Shown: positions 9,201 to 16,542 of the stretch, in pieces | Layout: every line of letters begins with the position of its first letter | Position numbering within the stretch: position 1 is the stretch's first letter | Assembly: GCA_963422395.1 (NCBI GenBank) | Contig: OY729431.1 | Span: 692,680 to 756,679 of the forward strand | DNA: 64,000 nt | DNA from: Vicinamibacteria bacterium | GTDB taxonomy: Bacteria > Acidobacteriota > Vicinamibacteria > Marinacidobacterales > Marinacidobacteraceae | Direction: 5' to 3' | The notes under the pieces: generated by a model | Seen by the model: the letters and a program-made list of their open reading frames with translations, nothing else | Databases searched by the model: none | Told to the model about the DNA's origin: nothing | Program-made: the position numbers and the translations under genes

Positions 9201-9919
9201 AAGACCACCAGGTCGTAGGGAGCGACCTCGGGGTCGCCGAGCTCCTGAAAAGTTCGCTCCTGCCGCAGGGTGTCCAGCGACACGATCTGCTGGTCTTCGA
9301 GAAACGGATTCCCGGATTCCGTCCGCCTGCGCCCAAGGATTCCGAACTGCAAGTGGAAGAGGGTCCGCAGCTCGCGCTCCCAGTTCCCGACGAGCCCGGC
9401 CGGGGGCACGATGAGCACCCTTCGGATGCGACGGCGCGAGAGAAGCTCACGCACCAGGAGGCCGGTCATGATCGTTTTGCCGGCTCCGGCGTCGTCAGCG
9501 AGCAGGAACCGCAGCGGGTCCTGCGCCAGCATCCTTTCGTATACCGCGATCCGCTGGTGCGGCAATGGATCGATCCGTGCCGTCTCGATGGCGAAGGCGG
9601 GGTTGAACTCGTGGCCGTGAGCGAGGCAAAGCGCTTCGGTGAATGCGGAAACGCCGCGCGGATCCCCGGCGAAGTCCAGCGGGGGAGGGCCGGGTTCCAC
9701 CGGAGGCGCGGGGCTGGAGGCGGCGACCGCGGCTTCGAGCTCGGCGAGCCGGCGAAGCGAGCCCGGTTGCGGTGCTGCTTTTCCTGCCTCCCAGCGGTGG
9801 ATGGTGATCAGGGTTACCCCGAGTTCCTCGGCGAGCCGGCCCTGGCTGAAACCGAGAGCTCGCCGGACCTCGTGCACCCTCCCGCCGAAGTCGTCACCGT
9901 CGGAGCTCGCGGAAGGCAT
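6269..9919 (-). CDS. Multidomain SNF2/SF2 helicase with N-terminal XRE-type HTH and C-terminal DUF3883-like (restriction-endonuclease-fold) domain
   Basis: 1216 aa. N-terminal HTH: [29 protein letters not shown]. SNF2 helicase motifs: [21 protein letters not shown], a HELICc block ([13 protein letters not shown]...[23 protein letters not shown]). C-terminal ...[47 protein letters not shown] matches DUF3883. Preceded by an AT-rich promoter region. Confidence 0.7.
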   Translation of the reverse strand: [1216 protein letters not shown]

Positions 9920-10209
9920 GGCAGCGGTCAGTATAGCACAGGTAACATGAGGCTTATAAAGATATTTATCATTTGATAAAAATCATGAAAAAGAAGCAAC
10001 GGATGCCGTGTCGCGGCGGCGGTGGAAGGGGCTAGAGCGTCTGCCGTCCCGCCGCGTCCACAGGCTGGTCCGGAGCGGCTCGCCGTGATCCACCTCCTGT
10101 TGGGTCGACATCGAACCGCACGGCTCGCCGTGACGCACCGCCCCCGCCGAGAATACGCCTTCCACTGCGGTGCGGCGCTTCCTCGCGGATGTGCTACGTT
10201 GTGCGTCGT
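9920..10209. promoter_or_regulatory. Divergent intergenic region with sharply AT-rich core (approx 9940-10010); likely promoters for the minus-strand defence operon and plus-strand toxin-antitoxin genes
   Basis: Sequence ggtaacatgaggcttataaagatatttatcatttgataaaaatcatgaaaaagaagc is less than 30% GC in a ~70% GC context. It is flanked by the start of the 6-gene minus-strand cluster and the start of the Phd/YefM gene. Confidence 0.35.
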
Positions 10210-10503
10210 ATGTCGCGAAGTGCTGCCCGGACCCGGCGGGTCGGCGTCCGGGAGTTGCGGCAGAACCTGAGCGTCTATCTGCGCCGGATCCATGACGGCG
10301 AACGGTTCGAAGTGACGGACCGGGGTGTCCCGGTGGCCCTGCTGACCCCACTGGGCGAGAACCTCTCTCCCCTCGAACGACTGATCGCCGAGGGAAGGGT
10401 GAAGCGGCCGGTCGGGAAGCTGTCAGATCTCCCGCCGCCCGCCGGAGAGCCGACCACTACGGGGAGCGGCGCCCTCCTGACCGGCCGCGAAGACCGCTTC
10501 TGA
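10210..10503 (+). CDS. Type II antitoxin, Phd/YefM family
   Basis: MSRSAARTRRVGVRELRQNLSVYLRRIHDGERFEVTDRGVPVALLTP is the classic Phd/YefM N-terminal fold. Immediately upstream of a PIN-domain gene. Confidence 0.7.
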   Translation: MSRSAARTRRVGVRELRQNLSVYLRRIHDGERFEVTDRGVPVALLTPLGENLSPLERLIAEGRVKRPVGKLSDLPPPAGEPTTTGSGALLTGREDRF

Positions 10504-10537
10504 ACCGGCTGCCGACCGCTTCTTCGCGCGTTCTCTC

Positions 10538-10927
10538 ATGGTTTATGTGGATTCGTCGGCGCTCGTGAAGCTCCTGGTCTCCGAGCCGGAGTCGCGGGCG
10601 CTTCGGGAGTACTTGATCGGCCGCGAGGAACTCGTGTCGAGCGCCCTGGCGGAAGTCGAGCTGCTTCGCGCCCTGAGCCGGATCGACGGTTCGGAGGAGA
10701 TCCGCCGCCGCGCTCGCCTCCTGCTGGACGGTCTGGCGCTCCTTCCGCTCGACTCGACCGTTCTGAAGGAAGCGGCGAGCTTCCCGGTGCCCGGCCTGCG
10801 TACGCTCGACGCGCTCCACCTCGCGGCGGCGCTTTCGCTAGCCGATCTCGATGCCTTCGTCACCTACGACCGGCGGCTCGCCGAGGCTGCCGCCGCCGCG
10901 GGCCTGCCCGTGGCGTCCCCGGGGTGA
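10538..10927 (+). CDS. vapC: PIN-domain toxin VapC
   Basis: MVYVDSSALVKLLVSEPES...ALAEVELLRAL...TLDALHLAAAL...FVTYDRRL shows the PIN acidic residues. 35 bp after the antitoxin. Confidence 0.75.
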   Translation: MVYVDSSALVKLLVSEPESRALREYLIGREELVSSALAEVELLRALSRIDGSEEIRRRARLLLDGLALLPLDSTVLKEAASFPVPGLRTLDALHLAAALSLADLDAFVTYDRRLAEAAAAAGLPVASPG

Positions 10928-11042
10928 CCGACCTCCCGGTGCTTCTGGTGCGGATCCCCGAGAGCGGCTCCGACTCCGAGGATGACGGTGGGTTCGTTCT
11001 TCCAAATGGACCATGGTCTCAGACCATATTAAGGTGGAGGTC

Positions 11043-11390
11043 ATGCAGGAAATTCGTATCTCGAAGTTCAAGGCGACCTGTCTCGAGGTCCTCGACCGGG
11101 TAGCGACGAGCGGCCGCCCGGTGTTGGTGACCCGGTTCGGCAGGCCGATCGCCCGGATCGTTCCGCCGCCGCCTGTTCCGCGGGCCGGATGGTTCGGCGC
11201 CATGAAGGGCACGGGCAGGATGAACGACGACCTGATCGCCCCGGCTGCCGACCCGGCGGAATGGGAAGGGCGGCAGACTCGCTCGACTTTCTGCGAACCG
11301 CGGCGGCGGGCATCGAGAGAGGCCGAAGCCGAAGCGGACGGAACCCGGGAGAGAGGCGAGAGACGCTCCCGCCGGCGGGTGCCGGAATAG
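11043..11390 (+). CDS. Second Phd/YefM-family antitoxin, apparently orphan (no toxin gene follows)
   Basis: MQEIRISKFKATCLEVLDRVATSGRPVLVTRFGRPIARIVPPPP...DDLIAPAADPAEWEGRQ. The C-terminal Arg/Glu-rich tail to 11390 may be read-through. True stop uncertain. Confidence 0.5.
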   Translation: MQEIRISKFKATCLEVLDRVATSGRPVLVTRFGRPIARIVPPPPVPRAGWFGAMKGTGRMNDDLIAPAADPAEWEGRQTRSTFCEPRRRASREAEAEADGTRERGERRSRRRVPE

Positions 11391-11445
11391 ACTCACCGAG
11401 AACCTCGCCCCTGAGAACCTCGCTCCTGACGGTCGGAGGGCTTGC

Positions 11446-13971
11446 GTGTCCCGGTTCTCGAAAGCCCTGCTCGAAAAATCCGATCCCCGAAGCTCTGGTC
11501 TCGGAGGCTCTCTTCGGGTCTCCGGCTGGCTGTTCGGTCGGTGCCTCGGTCGGTTGTCCGGCCGGTCGGCTGGCTGGTCGGCTGCCGCGGCGGTCGCGGG
11601 CACCGCGGCGAGCTTCGGGGCGGGTGCCGCCTTCGCGCAGGCCGCCGAGGCAGAACCAACTATAGAAAGGGTGGAGGACTCCTCGGTTTCCGCTTCGAGG
11701 CGGCGAAATTCCGAGGGGGATGCAGTTTCCGCCGACCGGGGTTCGGGGCGGCTCGCCGAGGGACAGCCGGCGCCCCTGAGCCCGGCCCTGACCGGGCGGA
11801 TCCTCGGCCCCCCCGCTCCGGCGGCGAACGAGGCGATCCGCCGGGCGGGCGACGGGGGCGTCACCCTGCGCGCCTTCCGGCTCGCCGAGCCGCTCACCGT
11901 GGATGGAGCCCTCGACGACCCGGTGTACGAGCAGGTTCCCGGGGCGGAAGGCTTCTTGCAGCAGGAGCCCGACGAAGGGGCGCCCGTTTCGGAGTCCACC
12001 CGCGTCTGGGTGTTCTACGACACGGGCAGCCTCTACATCGCCGCCCATCTGGAAGAGAACCATCCGGCCGAGTTCATGACCAACGAGATGCGCCGCGACC
12101 AGCGGAACATCGGCTGGGGCGACAGCTTCTCCGTAGTCCTCGACCCGTTCTACGACCGCCGGAACGGTTTCCTGTTCCACACGAACGCGCTGGGCGCCCT
12201 CTACGACGCCCAGATAACCGACGAGCGGAACACCAACAGCGACTGGAACACCGTGTGGTGGGTGAAGACCGAGCGCCTACAGGACGCCTGGACCGTAGAG
12301 ATGCGGATCCCCTTCCGTTCGCTGCGCTACGCCGCGGGCGGACCCCAGCTCTGGGGGATCAACTTCCGCCGGCTCATCAAGCACGCGAACGAACGGGCGT
12401 TCCTCACTCCCACTCCCCAGGCGTATAGCCGGGACGGACTGATCCGGCTCTCCAACGCGGCGACCCTCGTCGGCCTCGAAGCGCCGGCAGGATCGAGGCG
12501 GATGGAGCTGAAGCCGTATCTGATCGGGTCTCAGAGCCACGTTCCCCTGAACGACGTTTGGAACGAATGGTCCGGCGATCTCGGCGCCGACTTCAAGTTC
12601 GGAGTCACCGACGGACTGACAGCCGATGTCACCTGGAACACCGACTTCGCGCAGGTGGAGGACGACGAGACCCAGATCAACCTGAGCCGTTTCAGCCTGT
12701 TCTACCCGGAAAAGCGCGAGTTCTTCCTCGAAGGGCAGGGAGTCTTCGACTTCGGCGGCCGCGAAACCCGATTCTTCGGAGGGGCGACGGACGTCCCCAT
12801 CCCGTTCTTCAGCCGCTCCATCGGAATCGAGGACGGCGACGCGGTGCCGATTCTCGGCGGCGCGCGGCTCCACGGCCGCGCCGGCGCCTACCAACTGGGA
12901 CTCCTGAACATCCAGACCGGCGGCGTGTCCGCACTCGATGCGGCGAGCACGAACTTCAGCGCCTTCCGGGTGAAGCGGGATCTCTTCTCCCGGTCCAACA
13001 TCGGGGTCATCGTCACCCACCGGAACCTGAGCGCCGGCGGCGCCGGAGCGAACTCGCTCTACGGAGTGGACGGGAACTTCAACCCGACCGAGAACATCCG
13101 GATCAACACCTTCTACATGGGGACCCGCGAGCCCGGCGTCGAAAGCGGGCACCGGGCCGCCAGCTACTTCGGCCAATTCCGCTACGACACCGACCTGATC
13201 GATCTCACCGCCGAGCGTCTCTATCTGGGCGAGGACTTCGACCCGGGCATGGGCTTCGTGCGCCGCCGGGACTTCACGAAGAACGGGGGCAGCCTCCAGT
13301 TCTCCCCGCGCCCCCGGAGCATCAAAGCGGTCCGGCAGTTCGAGTTCGAGGCAGAGGCCAGCAACTACGACCGCCCCGACGGCGAGCTGGAGACGCGCGA
13401 GTACCAGTTCGGCGCCCGAGCCGTCTTCGAGAGCAGCGACCGCCTCATGTTCGACCACACCGTGACCGAAGAGCGGCTCCTCGATGGTTTCGACCTCTCG
13501 GACACGGTCGGGGTTCCCGCCGGGAACTATCGGTTCTCCCGCACCGGGGTACGGGTGCGGATGGGATCCCACCGCGCGCTCTCGGGAATGTTTCGCTACG
13601 AGTTCGGAGACTTCTTCGGCGGCTCCCGCCGGGAAGTGAGTTACTGGGGGCGGGCCGAGGTGAACCAGCGCTTCTCGCTCGAGCCCAACATCAGTTTCAA
13701 CTGGATCGAGGTGCCGGAGGGCGAAGTGGAGGCGCAGGTGAGCCGCCTGCGCGCGACCTGGACCGTCTCGCCCCGCAGCTTCGCGGGCGTGCTCGTCCAG
13801 TACAATTCGGCGGCTCGATCGATTTCGGCGAACGTCCGCTTTCGCTGGGAGTACTCCCCGGGCAGCGATCTGTTCGTGGTCTTCAGCACGAACCGCAATG
13901 GGGACGACGGACTCTCCGGGCTCAGCGACCGGACGCTCGTGGTGAAGTTCACTCGGTTGTTCCGGTTCTGA
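11446..13971 (+). CDS. DUF5916 / CBM9-like domain outer-membrane protein, paralog 1 of 3
   Basis: N-terminal CBM9-like block LRAFRLAEPLTVDGALDDPVYEQVPG...VWVFYDTGSLYIAAHLEE...DSFSVVLDPFYDRRNGFLFHTNALGALYDAQ. Middle DVTWNTDFAQVEDDETQINLSRFSLFYPEKREFFLEG. C-terminal VVKFTRLFRF is the beta-barrel OMP C-terminal Phe. GTG start at 11446 is doubtful. A TTG near 11551 gives a cleaner signal peptide (SGRSAGWSAAAAVAGTAASFGAGAAFAQA). Confidence 0.65.
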   Translation: MSRFSKALLEKSDPRSSGLGGSLRVSGWLFGRCLGRLSGRSAGWSAAAAVAGTAASFGAGAAFAQAAEAEPTIERVEDSSVSASRRRNSEGDAVSADRGSGRLAEGQPAPLSPALTGRILGPPAPAANEAIRRAGDGGVTLRAFRLAEPLTVDGALDDPVYEQVPGAEGFLQQEPDEGAPVSESTRVWVFYDTGSLYIAAHLEENHPAEFMTNEMRRDQRNIGWGDSFSVVLDPFYDRRNGFLFHTNALGALYDAQITDERNTNSDWNTVWWVKTERLQDAWTVEMRIPFRSLRYAAGGPQLWGINFRRLIKHANERAFLTPTPQAYSRDGLIRLSNAATLVGLEAPAGSRRMELKPYLIGSQSHVPLNDVWNEWSGDLGADFKFGVTDGLTADVTWNTDFAQVEDDETQINLSRFSLFYPEKREFFLEGQGVFDFGGRETRFFGGATDVPIPFFSRSIGIEDGDAVPILGGARLHGRAGAYQLGLLNIQTGGVSALDAASTNFSAFRVKRDLFSRSNIGVIVTHRNLSAGGAGANSLYGVDGNFNPTENIRINTFYMGTREPGVESGHRAASYFGQFRYDTDLIDLTAERLYLGEDFDPGMGFVRRRDFTKNGGSLQFSPRPRSIKAVRQFEFEAEASNYDRPDGELETREYQFGARAVFESSDRLMFDHTVTEERLLDGFDLSDTVGVPAGNYRFSRTGVRVRMGSHRALSGMFRYEFGDFFGGSRREVSYWGRAEVNQRFSLEPNISFNWIEVPEGEVEAQVSRLRATWTVSPRSFAGVLVQYNSAARSISANVRFRWEYSPGSDLFVVFSTNRNGDDGLSGLSDRTLVVKFTRLFRF

Positions 13972-14069
13972 CACGAACGCGGGAGCCCGGCGCCAACTGA
14001 CGCCAAAGCTAGACTGAGCGAGCGTCTTCGACCGCCCAATCCGGGAACCGGGTTCCCAGGTGCCGCCTC

Positions 14070-16511
14070 TTGCCGACTCCCCGTTTCGTGTGGCGGGGCG
14101 TTGCCGCAGTTTGGTTTTCGGGCCTGTTGGCCGGTGCCGCGCCCGCTCCGTCAGGACCCGCTCCGCCGCCCGATGACCGCCGGGACCGACGAATCCAGGG
14201 ACGAATCCAGGACGGACAACAGGACGGACGAGACGAGCAGGGCGGCCACGACCGCCGGGGCGGCTCTTCGTTCGGCCTGCGCGGGGCGGGCAGGCTCGCG
14301 GACCGTCAGCAGGATCCCGGTGCGGCGATGGCCGGCCGTATCCTCGGTCCACCGGCGCCCGTGGCCGGCGAGTCGGTCCGCCGCGGCGCCGGCGGGCGGG
14401 TGACGCTCCGCGCCTTCCGCTTGGCTGAGCCCCTCACCGTGGACGGGGTGCTCGACGATCCGGTGTACGACCAGGCGCCGGCGGCGGACGGATTCGTGCA
14501 GCAGGAGCCCGACGAGGGCGCGCCGGCCTCGGAGTCCACCCGCGTCTGGGTGTTCTACGACGCGGACAGCCTCTACATCGCCGCCGAGCTGGAAGAATTG
14601 CATCCGGGGCGGCTAATGGCCAGAGAGATGCGCCGCGACCACCGGAGCATCGGCTGGAACGACAGCTTCCAGGTCATCCTCGACACCTTCTACGACCGCC
14701 GGAACGGTTTCCTGTTCCATACGAACGCGCTGGGGGCGCTCTACGACGCGCAGGTGACCGACGAACGGAACACCAACAGCGACTGGAACACGGTCTGGTG
14801 GGTCGAGACCGCAACCGGGGAACGGGGCTGGACGGCGGAGATCCGCATCCCCTTCCGCTCACTGCGCTACGCCGCCGGCGGACCCCAGCTCTGGGGGATC
14901 AACTTCCAGCGGAACATCAAGCACCGGAACGAAAAGGTGTTCTTCACCCCCACGCCGCAGGCCTACAACCGGGAGGCGCTGATCCGCCTGTCCAATGCCG
15001 CGACGCTCGTGGGTCTCGAAGCGCCCTCCGGGTCCCGGCGGATGGAGCTGAAGCCGTACCTGATCGGTTCGCAGCAGCACGCTCCCCTGAACGGCGTCGC
15101 GAACGAATGGTCCGGCGACCTCGGCGCCGACTTCAAGTTCGGGGTCACCGACGGGCTGACCGCCGATGTCACCTGGAACACCGACTTCGCGCAGGTGGAA
15201 GACGACGAGACCCAGATCAACCTGAGCCGTTTCAGCCTGTTCTTCCCGGAAAAGCGCGAGTTCTTCCTCGAAGGGCAGGGGGTCTTCGACTTCGGCGGCC
15301 GCCAGACCCGCGCCTTCGGCGGTCCGACGGACGTTCCCATCCCCTTCTTCAGCCGCTCGATCGGCATCTCGGACAGCTCTGTAGTGCCGATTCTCGGCGG
15401 CGCGCGGCTCCACGGCCGCGCCGGCGCCTACCAACTGGGGCTCCTGAACATCCAGGCCGGCGACGTCCCCGGACTCGATGCGGCGAGCACGAACTTCAGC
15501 GCCTTTCGGGTGAAACGCGACCTCTTCGCCCGGTCCAGCATCGGAGTGATCGCCACGCACCGCAACGTCGGCGCCGACGGATCGGGCTCCAACTCCCTCT
15601 ATGGCGCCGACGGGAACTTCAACCCGACCGAGAACATCCGGATCAACACCTTCTACATGGGGACCCGCGAGTCCGGCGTCGAAACCGGACACCGGGCCGC
15701 CAGCTATCTGGGCCAGTTCCGCTACGACACCGACCTGATCGACCTCACCGCCGAGCGTCTCTATCTGGGCGAGGACTTCGACCCGGGCATGGGCTTCGTG
15801 CGCCGCCGGGATTTCACGAAGAACGGAGGCAGCCTCCAGTTCTCCCCGCGTCCCCGGGGGATCGAACGGATCCGGCAGTTCGAGTTCAAGGCGGAGGCGA
15901 ACGACTACCGGCGCCCCGACGGCGGACTCGAAACGCGGGAGTACTCGTTCGAGGGACGCGCCATCTTCGAGAGCAGCGACCGTTTCGTGGTGGACCACAG
16001 CGTGACCGAAGAGCGGCTGCTGGACGGTTTCGACCTCTCGGACACGGTCGGAGTGCCCGCCGGGAACTACCGTTTCGCCCGCACCGGCGTCCGTTTCTGG
16101 ATGGGAACGCACCGCGCGGTCTCCGGATACTTCCGCTACGAGTTCGGGGACTTCTTCGGCGGCTCTCGCCGGGAGGTGAGCTACTGGGGGCGCGCCGAGG
16201 TGAACCGCCGCTTCTCCATGGAGCCGAATATCAGCCTCAACTGGATCGAGGTGCCGGAGGGAGAACTCCGGGCGCAGGTCAGCCGGCTGCGCGCGACCTG
16301 GACGGTCTCTCCGCGCAGCTTCGTGGGAGCACTCCTCCAATACAACTCGGCGGCGCAGCTCTTCTCTGCCAACGTCCGTTTCCGCTGGGAGTACTCGCCG
16401 GGCAGCGATGTGTTCATGGTCTTCAGCACGAACCGCGACGGCGGCGACGGGCTCTCCGGACTCACCGACCGGGCGCTGGTCGTCAAGTTCACCCGGCTGT
16501 TCCGGTTCTGA
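14070..16511 (+). CDS. DUF5916 / CBM9-like domain outer-membrane protein, paralog 2 of 3
   Basis: About 85% identical to paralog 1 over the conserved domains. Same motifs and the LFRF C-terminus. TTG start with signal-like VAAVWFSGLLAGAAPAP. This is followed by a low-complexity linker DRRDRRIQGRIQDGQQDGRDEQ encoded by short tandem repeats. Confidence 0.65.
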   Translation: MPTPRFVWRGVAAVWFSGLLAGAAPAPSGPAPPPDDRRDRRIQGRIQDGQQDGRDEQGGHDRRGGSSFGLRGAGRLADRQQDPGAAMAGRILGPPAPVAGESVRRGAGGRVTLRAFRLAEPLTVDGVLDDPVYDQAPAADGFVQQEPDEGAPASESTRVWVFYDADSLYIAAELEELHPGRLMAREMRRDHRSIGWNDSFQVILDTFYDRRNGFLFHTNALGALYDAQVTDERNTNSDWNTVWWVETATGERGWTAEIRIPFRSLRYAAGGPQLWGINFQRNIKHRNEKVFFTPTPQAYNREALIRLSNAATLVGLEAPSGSRRMELKPYLIGSQQHAPLNGVANEWSGDLGADFKFGVTDGLTADVTWNTDFAQVEDDETQINLSRFSLFFPEKREFFLEGQGVFDFGGRQTRAFGGPTDVPIPFFSRSIGISDSSVVPILGGARLHGRAGAYQLGLLNIQAGDVPGLDAASTNFSAFRVKRDLFARSSIGVIATHRNVGADGSGSNSLYGADGNFNPTENIRINTFYMGTRESGVETGHRAASYLGQFRYDTDLIDLTAERLYLGEDFDPGMGFVRRRDFTKNGGSLQFSPRPRGIERIRQFEFKAEANDYRRPDGGLETREYSFEGRAIFESSDRFVVDHSVTEERLLDGFDLSDTVGVPAGNYRFARTGVRFWMGTHRAVSGYFRYEFGDFFGGSRREVSYWGRAEVNRRFSMEPNISLNWIEVPEGELRAQVSRLRATWTVSPRSFVGALLQYNSAAQLFSANVRFRWEYSPGSDVFMVFSTNRDGGDGLSGLTDRALVVKFTRLFRF
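14160..14260 (+). repeat. Short tandem/low-complexity repeats (gacgaatccagg x2, acggac/acgagc units) in the N-terminal linker of DUF5916 paralog 2
   Basis: gaccgacgaatccagggacgaatccaggacggacaacaggacggacgagacgagcagg, read directly. Encodes DRRIQGRIQDGQQDGRDEQ. Confidence 0.6.
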
Positions 16512-16542
16512 CGCGCGGGCCGTCAGGCCACCACTCCCCTTC

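Noticed and set aside
9940-10010. Tiny ORF MKKKQRMPCRGGGGRG in the AT-rich intergenic region
   Set aside because: 16 codons, no SD, and it lies inside a probable promoter. Treated as chance.
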